Positions 1 through 13,082 of a DNA stretch of 64,000 nucleotides are shown in pieces; the first letter of the stretch is position 1, and every line of letters starts with the position of its first letter. The translations under genes and the position numbers were made by a program. The DNA lies in NCBI GenBank assembly GCA_964016885.1, contig OZ024761.1, positions 29,512,001-29,576,000 of the forward strand, read 5' to 3'. The stretch comes from Eledone cirrhosa. Lineage: Eukaryota. The notes under the pieces are model-generated. The model made no database searches. It worked only from the letters and a program-made list of their open reading frames with translations, and was not told where the DNA came from.

Positions 1-1128
1 GTATGCAAGCATGGAAAAATAGATGTAAAATGCTGATGAAGCTATATATATATTCACCTGAAGAAATGGGGGAAAATAGTAAGCTGTAAGAAGCAATGGA
101 GGGAAGTCCTAATGGCATACAATAACTAACTATAATTTACAATATGTATTGAATAGTTACTGTAATTTAGTGTAAACATCAGCACAGAATACAATTCCTA
201 TTTCTACTTTAGCTGGTAAAGCTCTTTATTTCACCAATTGCATGTTGGCTCAATTTGTTACCAATATTTTTGCAATGTTTATCTTAATGGCACTTTATAT
301 GAGTTCCATGCAGCTGTGACTTACATTTATATTTTGCTTGTTGAACAGTTAATGGTATCTACAGCTGATTAGGAAATATTTTCTGACCAAAAACGAGAAA
401 ACATTTTGCAACAATTGTTTCTACTTCAATGTTGTATGTATGGAAGATTGTACCATTTTACTTCCTTGGTAATGTTGTTATGTACTTAAATCTGTATTAG
501 TATCAGTTGTGTGTTAGGGTCTCATTTAGTTCTCAGCAGCCCTGTTAAATGTGGCTTCAGCTAAGAATAATAAATCTAGGATAATTCATCTACAATTCAT
601 CTATGAAAGTTCATTTATGGAAATTATATCTTCAAAAATAATTTAGAGGTAAAAAAAAAACAGATTTACCTACTATGGTATTTTTGCATGTCTAAACAAA
701 ATTTAGTAGTTTAAATTGATTTAAAATTTTTGTATTTACATTATTCTATATTTACTATTGTATTTTGGCAGTAAAGGCTGTATCTCACATATCGAATCTA
801 TGAGATTTTGATATTTATTTTGAGAATAATAACTTAACATTGGTATAAGTGGCCAGTTTGAACAGAAAGAGGTCAGAGAATTTTGTCCAGATACAGTTGG
901 TTTAAATGCTAAAAGGTTAAAAGTGTTGCCTTCATAATCTCCAGTATCTATGCAATTTCAGTCACAAGGCTTGGGTTAACCCAAAGCTAGAGTAAATGAC
1001 ACTTTCTCCATATGTGAAGTCAGAGCTGCTTCATTTTTTTTAACCCTTTCCTTGCCATATTATCAATTGAAAGACACCACCTCTGATTTTGAAATCATTT
1101 AAAAAATAATCTAGTATTTGGAAGTATT

Positions 1129-1351
1129 TACTGTATATACTCGAATATAAGCCGAGAAATGTTTAACCAAAAAAATCAATGGTAGAAGGGGAGGGGGTAC
1201 CTTATTAATTGGGGGGGGGGTCAATATTTTGATGATTTTCACTAACTTCAAATTCTATGTAAATAAGGTTTGGATTTTTGCCCATTTCTCAGACATAAGA
1301 CACTGAAGTCTGCTTATATTCACATCAGCTTATATTTCAATGTATACAGTA
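1129..1351. mobile_element. Tigger/pogo-like MITE
   Basis: Imperfect TIRs TACTGTATATACTCGAATATAAGCCGA ... TCAGCTTATATTTCAATGTATACAGTA with TA ends, resembling pogo/Tigger TIRs. Confidence 0.6.
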
Positions 1352-1356
1352 ATAAT

Positions 1357-1543
1357 TGTTTCTACTTTTGGCACAAGGCCAGCAATTACCCAGTACATTA
1401 CTGGTACTTTATTTTATCGACCCTGTAAGGATGAAAGGCAAAGTTAACCTCGGCGGGATTTGAACTCAGACTGTAAAGGGATGTAACTATGCTAGAAAGC
1501 ATGGCGTCCAACCCTCTACCGATACTGCAAATACACCCCGCCC
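1357..1543 (-). mobile_element. tRNA-derived Meta-like SINE (family A), full length with TSD
   Basis: Minus strand has a B-box GAGTTCAAATCC and a central GCCTTTCATCCTTACAGGGTCGATAAAATAAAGTACCAG Meta-like domain. A 16-bp TSD TGTATACAGTAATAAT lies at 1341-1356 and 1544-1559. Confidence 0.85.
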
Positions 1544-2425
1544 TGTATACAGTAATAATATAAGTAACTTTCTCATTTTTGAGCTGATGTTTAGAACTTA
1601 AAGATTCTATCATAAAATTATGATAGGTTTTTAGAAAGACATAAGCATTCTGATACAAACAGCTTTGTATGATAAGACCAGGGCAGTTTCAAGAAGTTTG
1701 GTATTGCGAGGGTTAACACAGGTCCCTTCACAGAATTATGATAGAAGGTTTTTAGAAAGATATAAATACTTTAGAGTAAATAGTCTTGTATCATAGAACC
1801 AGTCAGTTGTAGTTGCTGTTGTTATTGTTGTTGCTGTTGTTATTGTTGTTGCTGTTATAGTTGCTGTTATTGGTGTTGTTATACTTGCTCTTGTTATTGT
1901 TGCTGTTATAGTTGGTGTTGTTATAGTTGTTGCTGTATCTGTGTAATTCCCATACAGATTATATTCACTATATAAATTCAAGAAGCTCAAACTCCACTCA
2001 ACAACAACAGCCATAAAAACAAAACCCACAACAAAACCCACACACCCACCTCTCATTTTCTTTCTTTCCATCCTTCTCTTCAACTACTTCAGTACAAGAT
2101 TAGTCATGCATATATACACTAATACACACACATACATAATATATACATACATACATCAACACACACACATATCAACATACAAGTGGATTTATAGATACAT
2201 ACATACCTACATACACCTACCTATCTACCTACCAACACACATGCATACATACACACAGATACACACATATATATAGACATACATACACACAAAGACACAA
2301 ATCAACACAGGCACAGTATTTTTTTCAAAGTAAAACAAATAATATATGATTTACTACCAACACATACATATCATATACCAACACAGAAACACTATAAATT
2401 AATACACTATCACAAATGTATATGA

Positions 2426-2480
<55 letters not shown>

Positions 2481-2483
<3 letters not shown>

Positions 2484-2794
2484 GTTAGAGCATTGGCCTT
2501 GCAATCGAAAGGTTGTGAGTTCAATTCTCAGACTGGGTGGTGTGTTGTTTCCTTGAGCAAGACACTTTATTTCACATTGCTCCAGTTTACTCAGCTGTAG
2601 AAATGAGATGATAGGGACTGGGGTCACTATCATTCCACTGCAAAGTGGTCGTGGAGGTGCCACGGCATAAAAGCACCCAGCACTCACTGTAAATGAGGTT
2701 GGTGTTAGGAAGGGCATCCAGCTGTAGAAATCGAACCAGTTCCCGTCTTACCCTTGCAAGCAGGGAAAAGCGGACGTAAACTGATGATGATGAT
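2481..2794 (+). mobile_element. tRNA-derived CORE-like SINE with RTE tail (family B)
   Basis: B-box GAGTTCAATTC, CORE-like CCTTGAGCAAGACACTT, and tail CCCTTGCAAGCAGGGAAAAGCGGACGTAAA-(TGA)n. Near identical to the copies at 11026, 12263, 49578 and 62470. Confidence 0.9.
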
Positions 2795-2834
2795 ATATAT
2801 ATATACTTATATATATACACACATATATATACAC

Positions 2835-2884
<50 letters not shown>

Positions 2885-3099
2885 TATTTAAAATAAAAAA
2901 GAACACAAAAAATATTCTTTCAACTAACAAACACAGACATAAACATTCATTAAAGAAATTAGAAAAAATAATAATAATAATTTTTATAACCAAAACATAC
3001 ACACACACACACAGACGTAGACACACACATACACAGATAGACAGACACACACTCGGATAGTTTTTTCAGTTTACTTTAGCCATGACAGCCGAGGGGCAC

Positions 3100-3418
3100 A
3101 GTATATACATACATATATATATACATACATATATATATATATATATACATATATATATGAATATATATATATACATATATATATGCATATATATATATAC
3201 ATATATATATGCATATATATATATACATATATATACTTATATATATACATACATATATATACATATATACATATATATATGCATATATATATATATATAT
3301 GCATATATATATATACATATATATATGCATATATATATATACATATATATATGCATATATATATATATGCATATATATATATATATACACATATATATAT
3401 ATACACATATATATATAT

Positions 3419-3457
<39 letters not shown>

Positions 3458-3615
3458 TACATATATGCATAGATATATACATAGATAAATATATTGATTT
3501 CTATGTTAGCTGGCAGATTAGCTACAGACAGAAATTGATACAGTAAGATTTTGATATGGAATTTACTGCATTCAAATGGGGAGATTATTGAAGATTTTTA
3601 ACCTTGCATATATTG

Positions 3616-3688
<73 letters not shown>

Positions 3689-3832
3689 TACATACATTAC
3701 ATATATATATATGTATATATATACACATACATGCAGATGTACATACATACATATATATATATATATGTACACATACATATTCATACACACACATGTATAT
3801 ATATATGTACACATACATATTCATACACACAC

Positions 3833-3898
<66 letters not shown>

Positions 3899-3900
3899 AA
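3100..3900. repeat. (TA)n/(CA)n compound microsatellites
   Basis: Direct inspection. These give rise to the YI-repeat ORFs. Confidence 0.95.
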
Positions 3901-4099
3901 GTTAAATCCTAAACCATCACAAAAGCTTTAGAAGAAATATTTTAAAAACCCTACTGTAATTCCTGACTTATCTATAGTCAATGGGGGTGTGTTGAAAAGT
4001 AAAATATCTAAATCTATAATTCATCATTCCATAGTATGTAAGTGTATGTATGTATATATATATATATAGTATATACACATATATATAGTATAGACCCCT

Positions 4100-4520
4100 T
4101 CACCTCCTACCAACTCTTCCATACACCTCCTGTGAGCACAGGCTGAAGCATACATCTTGTGTGCTCCACCCCACCGCCTTCCACTTACCTCCCACATCCT
4201 AACACTCTGCCCCTCACACATGCCCAAACCTCTCCCACCAAAGTCCCCAGCCCACACTGTAAAGTTGTCATAATGGCGACATGACAAAAAGCACACAGTC
4301 CACACTGTAAAGTGGTCATATAGGTGTCACATAAAAAATACCCAGCACTCACTGTAAATGAGGTTGGTGTTAGGAAGGGCATCCAGCTGTAGAAACCAAG
4401 CCAGAATCAGTTCTGTCTGAGGAAAACATAGTCACCAAACCTAGCATTTCTCACAACAGGACATCTCATCTAACCCATGCTAACATGGAAAAATGGACGT
4501 TAAACGGTGATGATGATGAT
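4100..4520 (+). mobile_element. RTE-type 3'UTR fragment
   Basis: Similar to 44820-45135 (GCTGAAGCATA..., CACACTGTAAAG repeats, GTTAGGAAGGGCATCCAGCTGTAGAA, CCCATGCTAACATGGAAAAATGGACGTTAAACGG(TGA)n). Confidence 0.7.
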
Positions 4521-4662
4521 ATACATATATATATTTATATGTATATATATATATATATAAACAGATTGTATGATGCTTGTATACAAACGGCAATATGCTA
4601 GCATGGAAGATGGATGTTAAATGATGATAATATATATATATATATATATATACACGCATATA

Positions 4663-4833
4663 TATGAGGGCTGACAATGAGGGAATAGTGCTTGTGCTGT
4701 CAAGTCTTGCATTAATTTCAACTCTTCTTATTAGTAACTGCATTGCTTCTTTCCAAGAACTATGTTGAAAAATAAACCTCATTTGGTCATTCCATGAGAG
4801 TATCTTGGTCAGCCTTTGAACTTTTAAGCCAAC

Positions 4834-4839
<6 letters not shown>
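4663..4839. mobile_element. mariner-like MITE
   Basis: Terminus GGTCAGCCTTTGAACTTTTAAGCCAACCCTTATA is the reverse complement of a mariner-like TA-(C/A)GAGGG TIR. Homologous to 26880-27089. Confidence 0.65.
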
Positions 4840-4886
<47 letters not shown>

Positions 4887-5355
4887 ATCACTTGTGATTG
4901 TATCTTACTCAGCTTCAGCATCAGATTATGGCCTTACACAATGTTCCCAAACTTTTAATTTTTCCACTCATGGCTGCCTTTGATCATACAGTTTGTTTGT
5001 TTCCGTGGGCTAAATTTTATGTGCCTGAGCTAGTCTGATTAATTTTTGTTCATAAAGATGTACATAAAGTTGAAACAAAGCTATATTGTGTTGAAGAACA
5101 GGGAATTAAAACCATTCGAGATTATTATATTCTTAATTATTCAAGTGGGAATTTGTCAGGCTGATGGATCGAAGCCAATGTATTACAAGTCAAGAATAAA
5201 TATAGAGTTCTGAGCTATTTCTTGTCAGTTTGAAATAAACAGGCTTGACAGTTACACTGGAATTGCCACTGATATAAATATTGGTGTTAGGAAGGGCATC
5301 CAGGGAAAGAAAACTTGTCAAACAAAGAGTTAAGGAGTTTTTTCAGTTGTGTTAA

Positions 5356-5563
5356 CCCTTTAGCATTTAAACCAGCTATATCCGGCCAGAATTCTCTCAT
5401 TTCTTTCAGTTCAAACTGGCTATAACTGGCCCCTCATACCAACGTTGAGGTATTGTTCTCAAAATAAATAATATCAAAATCTCAGAGCTTCAATATTATG
5501 TGAGATAAAGCCTTTACAGCAAAAATACAATAGTAAATGTAGAGTAACGTAAATGCTAAAGGG
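5356..5563. mobile_element. piggyBac-like MITE
   Basis: TTAA|CCCTTTAGCATTTA ... TAAATGCTAAAGGG|TTAA form perfect TIRs with a TTAA TSD. A homologous copy is at 48847-49054 and a partial inverted copy at ~770-920. Confidence 0.85.
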
Positions 5564-6199
5564 TTAAGGGCATAACAACCTCCTTAGTGTTGGTGCTATG
5601 ATAAAAAGCACCTAGTGTACTCTGTAAAATTATAGGAAGAGCATCAAGTGTGCAAATGTATGTGAGTTGCAGAGTAAGAAGCCTTGTCCTCATATGTGAG
5701 ATCAGTAGTAGCTCTGATTAAGTAGTGATTTGATCTGTGATCACCTGTCCAACACTTGCTAGCAGGGGAAAATGGATGATGATGGTTATGATGCTGACAA
5801 TGAATCTAGGAACATTTGTCAAAACTATATTCATCAAAAACATATAGGTCAAAAGTCTATTGACCACAAAACATATTGGTTGGAAGATAAATTAGTTGAA
5901 AACATACTATCTGAGGAAAAGGTGAAATATTTGTAAATATTAGAATATTTTTCAGAGGAACAGATAAAAAGAAAACTTCTTTATGCTGTGATTTATTTCT
6001 ATTTGAATTAACTGTCACTATGTTTAAATTTAGAAATTGCTAATATGTAAATCAGAATTAACAGATTATATATAATTTACAAAATATGACATTTGGTGGA
6101 GAAGGAGGAAGTTTTTTGTTTTGTTTTTCTTTGTAACAGCCCAAAAAATATAAAAATCCATGTCAAAAAATCGTTAGTGATCTGGAGACAGAATAATCT

Positions 6200-6925
6200 A
6201 GAGACAGATGTGGTGGATTCACAATAATCAGGAGGCAGATATGGTGGAAACACATCTGGAGACAGATATATTGGTGACACATCTGGAGGCAGATATGTTG
6301 GACACAAATCTGGAGATATATATGTTGCGGACACATCTGGAGATAGATATGTTGGACACACATCTGGAGACACATCTGGAGATAGATATGTTGAATACAC
6401 ATCTGGAGACAGATATGTTGGACATACATCTGGAGATAGATATGTTGCGGACGCATCTGGAAATAGATATGTTGGAGACACATTTGGAGACAGATATGTT
6501 GGACACATCTGGAGACACATATGTTAGAGACACATCTGGTGAGAGATATGTTGGATACACATCTGGAGACACATATGTTAGAGATACATCTGGAGACAGA
6601 TATGTTGGACACACATCTGGAGACACATATGTTAGAGACGCATCTGGAGACAGATATGTTGGACACACATCTGGAGACACATATGTTAGAGACACATCTG
6701 GAGACAGATATGTTGGATACACATCTGGAGACAGATATGTTGGACACACATCTGGAGACAGATATGTTGGTGACACATCTTGAGGCAGATATGTTGGACA
6801 CAAATCTGGAGACAGATATGTTGGACATACATCTGGACATACATATGTTGCAAACACATCTGGACATACATATGTTGCAAACACATCTGGAGACACATGT
6901 AGAGAGAGATAGGTTGGAAACACAT
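6200..6925. repeat. ~26-27 bp minisatellite (GGAGACAGATATGTTGGACACACATCT)
   Basis: More than 20 tandem degenerate copies. Explains the repetitive ORFs in all frames. Confidence 0.95.
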
Positions 6926-7204
6926 GATAATTATTTTACCCCAGAATGTAAAAACCCAGAAGAAATACCACAGAGAATGTTATCCGGTATGCTAACGATA
7001 CTGTCAATCCACCACACACACACATGGACACACAAACAGACACAGAGAGAGAGATAAAAACATTTGTCAGTCTACCACTCTACAGATTAAATATACACGC
7101 TGACACACACACACACATGCATATATAAATGTATATATATGTGTATGTATATATATATATATATATATATACACAATGCATACATATATACACAATGTAT
7201 ATAT

Positions 7205-7423
7205 AGGAACGATCGACTTTCGTCAAATCGGACCGAGGGAACAATGTTTCCGTTGGTCTTTCCAATTGCTAATACTATCTATCGGTCGCAACTCCAGGTA
7301 GAAGGAGCAACGTGAAATAAAGTGTCTTGCTCAAGGACATAACGCATCACCTGGTACAGGAATCGAACTCACAACCTTACGATTGCGAATCCAATTCTCT
7401 AACCACTCAGCCACACGCCTTCA
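7205..7423 (-). mobile_element. CORE-like SINE variant with a different 3' part
   Basis: Minus strand has an A-box TGGCTGAGTGG, a B-box GAGTTCGATTC and CCTTGAGCAAGACACTT, followed by a tail unrelated to family B. Confidence 0.7.
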
Positions 7424-7547
7424 CAATGTATATATATATGCATATATATGCATATATATACACACACATCCAGAAACATGTGCCAATCCACCACTCTACA
7501 GATGAAACACATACATGCTGATACACACACACACATATATATACATA

Positions 7548-8847
7548 TCATCATCATCATCATCATTTTACGTCCGCTCTTCCCTGCTCGCAAGGGTGGG
7601 ACGGGTCTTATTCAGCACAGCATCTCTCCACTCGTCACGGTCCGTCGTCATCTCCACCGTGAGCTTCAACGATCTGAGGTCTGTTCTCACCCCCTCCGCC
7701 CATGTTTTCCGTGGTCTACCTCTACCACGTCTTCCTTCAACTGGCATTTCTTGGCACTTCTTCATCCATCGGTCATCCTCCATGCGCATCACATGTCCAT
7801 ACCACCTCAGTCTCCTCTCCCGTACACTACATTCTATCCCTCTCAGACACAGTTTCTCTCTCAACACATTCATGCTGGGTTGCTCACGCACATTTACACT
7901 GCACATCCAACGGAGCATGCTTGCCTCATTTCTCTCCAGCCGTCGCATATCCTCTGCAGTTGCTGCCCATGTCTCACTACCATGCAGCATCGCGCTCCTC
8001 ACACAGGCATCATACAACCGGCCTGTCGTACGCAGGGAGAAACCCTTCTTCGTCAGCAGAGGAAGCAGCTCCCTAAACTTCTTCCAACCCGTCCTTATTC
8101 TAGATACTATGGCCTCGGAACACCCTCCTCCCATGCTAATCTGATCTCCTAGGCACCAGAAGCTATCCACCACTTCTATAGCACCACTTCTATAGCACCC
8201 TCCTCAAAGGCCTTCTCTAGGTCAACAAAGGCTAAGTATAGTGGCTTATTTTTCTCTAAGAACCTCTCTTGCAATTGTCTCACCAAGAAGAGGGCATCTG
8301 TTGTACTCTTCCCAGGCACAAAATCAAACTGCATCTCATCTAGTTTGACCCTTTCTCTAATTAGTTGTGCTAATATCCTTTCTGCTACTTTCATAACCTG
8401 ATCAATCAGTTTTATACCCCTATAATTGCTCTTCTCCAGAGCATTCCCTTTACCTTTGTAGCAATTTATGAGAATACTGCTGCACCAGTCTTTGGGTATG
8501 ACACCACCATATATAGCCTGATGATGCGCGCAACCAGTTTAGTGCCTACGTCCCCTGATGCCTTCAGCATCTCAGCAACTATTCCCGATGGTCCAGCAGC
8601 CTTACCATTTTTCATTTCCTTAATCGCCCCTTGGACCCTATATTCATCAATCTCAATAGCTGATCCCTCTGTCGGATCTATTAAGGGTAATTTCTCTCTC
8701 TCCCATTCGTTCTCTACATTCATCAGTCTCTCATAATGACATTTCCAGGCCTCCTTTTTCTGATCATTTGTGACACTAAGTACACCGGCTCATCCCGGAC
8801 ACATTTATCTCCAACAACATCCTGATTTGCATTGACACACTGCCTTA
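7548..8847 (-). mobile_element. RTE-clade LINE, 5'-truncated and decayed reverse transcriptase
   Basis: ORF fragments GKAAGPSGIVAEMLK, FVPGKSTTDALF, AFVDLEKAF, MLHGSETW, RLRWYGHVMR and RGRGRPRKTW. Frameshifts, an internal deletion near 8175, and a 3' (TGA)n tail. Confidence 0.92.
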
Positions 8848-8876
8848 CATATATATATATATATACATATATATAT

Positions 8877-10507
8877 TAATTCAAAATATTAACAAAATAG
8901 ATATTCTTGTGATCAATTATATTTTATTATACATATTTCAGAGGTACTGAGTTAAGTTCAACAGTACGTCCTCATCAGATAAAATAAAATGATACATGAC
9001 ATACCCTGACATGGTATATGGTTAAGATTCAATCAAGGTAGTGATTAACTTATGACAAAACTCAATATTTATACCCTAATATTGAGAACATGAGATAACG
9101 TAATACAAACAATATAGAGAGTGTATGTAATAAATTTTAAGAAATGCATGGCATCAATATAACAGTTATAAAATTTTTAATTTTTAAAAACTACTAGAGA
9201 AAGAGGAGGGAAAAGAAAGAGGAAGAAACAGCTGATGGGATATATTTAGTAAGTGGCTTGAGAAGACAGATGAAAGGTGATTAAAGAGAGAGAGAGACAA
9301 AGGGGAGTAATTTATGTTCAAGTTTCTACACACACAGATTTCTATATAATATATTTGCCGGTTAATTTTCAAAATATTTAATTTATGTTATTTCAGGGTA
9401 AAGAATCATATTTTAGGTTTTAAAAGTTAATAGGTATTTGTATTAATATTATAATATAATTAAGTTAAATTTCTTAAATTCAAATTTTATGAAAACAAAT
9501 TTAAAGGATTTACGAAGCACGAGAAAAGAAAACATACATATATAATGTTTTATAACCTCACGAAGGTAATCTTTACCAAAATTACTTATAATATTGACAA
9601 CAGTTTCTGTAATATAATTTATAAGATAATTATAGTTATAATTATTAAAGAATTTATTGTTAAATAGTTTGAGCACCTAAAGTATTAACCAGCCTTATAA
9701 TTAAACTTAAACAAGTCAGAATTTTCAACTATATATATGCATTGATCATAAAATACCTAGATTATAGTTTATTATTTGTTCATAGTTGAGGTGATACCTT
9801 TCAAATATAAATAATATATTATTATTACTATATTGCAATATAGTAAATAATTTCCTGAAGATGTTGCTCAAAGATATACATAGCTAAAAATATTGTTAAA
9901 GAATTATTGATTTATATCAATTATTTTCATTTAGTTGATCTATACTATAAAGATATGTCAAAACTATAAGTCCTAGTGATAGGGGCTAGATACAAAATAA
10001 ATATAGAAATAAAAGAAAATGAAATATTTGTGAAATTTAAAGATGCCCAAAATTAGAAATAAATGCAATAGGGTTTTAATAAAGTATAGAAAAGATATCT
10101 CTAAAATATTTTTGCAAATGTGATATAAAGAAACGCTGAATGTTTGAAAAAGCTGAAGGTAATCTAAATTTAATTAAAATAGAATAAAACAAAATAAAAT
10201 AAAATAAGTTAAATTATATTATATTACATTATATTATATTATATTATATTATATTAAGTAAATGATTATATAAGTTCGACCTTCCTGGAATACCAAATAT
10301 TCATAACAATATAAAGTCATTTGAGTGTCTAAATTATTTATAAATGTAACTACGATTATGTTATTACACTAGATAAAGATATTTGTACAACTATATATAG
10401 ATATAATTATAGGTATTAATGAAACTCTTGAAAACATTTTTCTGTTGAGTGCTTCCAATCTATTGTAAAACTCATTCTTTAATGTATTCATTGAACCTTG
10501 TTTAACT

Positions 10508-10510
<3 letters not shown>
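8877..10510 (-). mobile_element. Non-coding Penelope-like remnant (3'UTR/pLTR)
   Basis: Flanked by (TA)n. Hammerhead motif at 8922-8984 (-), AT-rich body, and a pLTR-end-like CTGTTGAGTGCTT segment at the other end. Confidence 0.5.
8922..8984 (-). ncRNA. minimal type-I hammerhead ribozyme
   Basis: UUUUAU-CUGAUGAG-GACGUACUG...CAGUACCUCU-GAAA-U(AUGU)A-UA-AUAAAA: stem I, core boxes, stem II, short stem III and an AUA triplet. Confidence 0.8.
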
Positions 10511-10550
<40 letters not shown>

Positions 10551-11025
10551 GTTATTCCGGGTTGAATCGGAGGTAACCACAGTAAGTAAGGTACTCAATA
10601 CATAGCAGAGTATAAAAGTTTTAATATAGATGAGATTCTACAGTCCTGTAGAATCTCATCTATATTAAAACATATATATATATATATATATATACACATA
10701 TCCAGAAACATCTACAGACTTTAAGTTTTGATGTATTTCCATCTCTATTTATTTATAACAAAGCACAGCCAGCAAATAAATTGAAAGTATATTCCCTTTA
10801 AAATATAATTTGTGTTCATCAATTTAAAATTAGAGTATGTTGAGTAAAAATGATTAGTAGACAATAAATTTTGACAAATTTCTAGATTTTTCTATGAATC
10901 ATCATCATCATTGTCATCATCATCGTTTTGACGTCCGTTATTCCACGCTAGCATGGGTTGGAATATATTTGTCAATGTATTTAATCTGGATATATATGGT
11001 TTCAATTAATAAGTATTTCTATCAA

Positions 11026-11362
11026 GCACATGGCTTAGTGGTTAGAGCATTGGCCTTGCAATCGAAAGGTTGTGAGTTCAATTCTCAGACCAGGTGATGT
11101 GTTGTTTCCTTGAGCAAGAGACTTTATTTCACATTGCTCCAGTTTACTCAGCTGTAGAAATGAGATGATAGGGAATGGGGTCTCTATCATTCCACTGCAA
11201 AGTGGTCGTGGAGGTGCCACGGCAAAAAAGCACCCAGCACTCACTGTAAATGAGGTTGGTGTTAGGAAGGGCATCCAGCTGTAGAAATCAAGCCAGAATC
11301 AGTTCCCGTCCCACCCTTGCAAGCAGGGAAAAGTGGACGTAAAATGAAATGATGATGATGAT
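11026..11362 (+). mobile_element. SINE family B
   Basis: A-box TGGCTTAGTGG, B-box, CORE-like block, RTE tail and (ATG)n. Confidence 0.9.
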
Positions 11363-11566
11363 GAATGATCAATGTGTCTGTGGATCGATGTTTTGGGATC
11401 AATATAATGAAATACACCCAGTACACTCTGTAGAGTGCAGAAGTGTATGAAAGCAAGCCATGTGATTTTGGCCCAACTGAGAGGTCAGTAGGTCCAATTA
11501 AGTACTGACTCAGTCCATTACGACCTGTGCAGCCCTTGCTTGCAGGTAAATATAAACATTAAATAA

Positions 11567-11750
11567 TTGTTTCTACTTTTGGCACAAGGCTAGCAATTAC
11601 CCCAGTGCATTAGTGGTACTTTATTTTATCGACCCTGTAAGGATGAAAGGCAAAGTTAACCTCGGCAGGATTTGAACTCAGATCAGAAAGGGGTGTAACT
11701 CTGTGCTGCAAAGCCTGTTGTCCGACCCTCTACCGATTATAAATATATCT
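11567..11750 (-). mobile_element. SINE family A (Meta-like)
   Basis: Homologous to 1357-1543. Confidence 0.85.
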
Positions 11751-12262
11751 GCCTTCCTCTATTCTCCCTTCTTACATTTTCTACACCTCAATGTCATTCT
11801 TCTTTGTCTGCACGTTGGTCTACAGTGCTTATTATTCTTTAATATTTCTCTATTTCTCTCTTTTCTATATTCTTTTCTCCCTTGGCTAAGCCCTTGAGCA
11901 CTGTTCTCTCCCTTCTTTGTCAGTTGACGCACTTGGATGCTTTTTCATCTATATTTGTGTAATTCAGCTTAAGGCATAACTTGTCTCTACATGTTTTGTT
12001 ATGTCCCAACGTATACTGGAATGAATAATCTCAATCTTAATGAACTAAAACCATAATGATTCACAAAGTTTGACTGAGGAGATGAGACTGTCCATCTTTC
12101 CATTGTTTTTTCCATTGTCTTTGTCCACTGTACCTCATATTTTGAATTAATATTCTAAAGACTTTGACATGCAGACATTTTTTTTAATTATATATATATA
12201 CACACACAAGCCAAAACCGCTTGGCACAGCAATCGGGATTTTACATATCTCTCTCTATATAT

Positions 12263-12611
12263 ATCATCATCATCATCATCATTTCATTTTACGTCTGCTT
12301 TTTCCCTGCTTGCAAGGGTGGGACGGGAACTGATTCTGGCTTGATTTCTACAGCTGGATGCCCCTCCTAACACCAACTTCATTTACAGTGAGTGCTGGGT
12401 GCTTTTTTGCCGTGGCACCTACACATCCACTTTACAGTGGAATGATAGGGACCCCTGTCCCTATCATCTCATTTCTACAGCTGAATAAACTGGAGCAATG
12501 TGAAATAAAGTGTCTTGCTCAAGGAAACAACACATCACCCGGTCTGAGAATTGAACTCACAACCTTTCGATTGCAAGGCCAATGCTCTAACCACTAAGCC
12601 ATGTGCCTCCA
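12263..12611 (-). mobile_element. SINE family B
   Basis: Reverse-complement copy of 11026-11362. Confidence 0.9.
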
Positions 12612-12653
12612 TCTATATATATATGTGTGTTTGTGTGTGTTATGTATTTGGAA

Positions 12654-12874
12654 GCCTCTACATGGACACACTAGAAGAGGAAGACCAAGGTTAACATATG
12701 TTGATGCCCTAAGGACAGACACTGGTCTGTTGGAGATGCAGGATATGGCAGCGATAATGAGGGACAGAGACTGCTGGAGAGAACTCGTCCATGGATCTCG
12801 GGAATTTTACCCGCCTTAGATAGATTTCTTTATTTACCATAAAGGCTACCCGCCTTAGATAGATAGATAGATAG
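12654..12874 (+). mobile_element. 3' end of an RTE-like LINE with (TAGA)n tail
   Basis: Encodes ...HGHTRRGRPRLTYVDALRTDTGL...MRDRDCWR. Flanked by ATGTATTTGGAA direct repeats (12642-12653, 12875-12886). Confidence 0.7.
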
Positions 12875-12950
12875 ATGTATTTGGAAAAGGTAAAGGAAAG
12901 CAGAATGATCTATGTATAGTAGAGAGCTATTTAATTATATATTTAGATAT

Positions 12951-13019
12951 TTCATCTGATGAGCGAACTGGACGTTTCTGTTAAAATCATCTAATTTCAT
13001 GAAACTTTGGGTAATGGAA
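12951..13019 (+). ncRNA. hammerhead-like motif with long, irregular stem II
   Basis: UUCAU-CUGAUGAG-(~37 nt)-GAAAC-UUUGG-GUA-AUGGA, then AAUAAA and (TA)n. Confidence 0.55.
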
Positions 13020-13048
13020 TAATTATATTGTGTTATATATTATATAAT

Positions 13049-13082
<34 letters not shown>

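Larger units (their letters stand above)
1044..1712. mobile_element. piggyBac-like MITE containing nested insertions
   Basis: TTAA|CCCTTTC at 1040-1050 and GCGAGGG|TTAA at 1706-1716 give CCC...GGG termini with a TTAA target duplication. It is interrupted by a pogo-like MITE and a SINE. Confidence 0.6.

Noticed and set aside
325-382. 58-nt minus-strand exon with plausible splice sites
   Set aside because: Stops in all three frames and only a moderate acceptor. It cannot be distinguished from chance.
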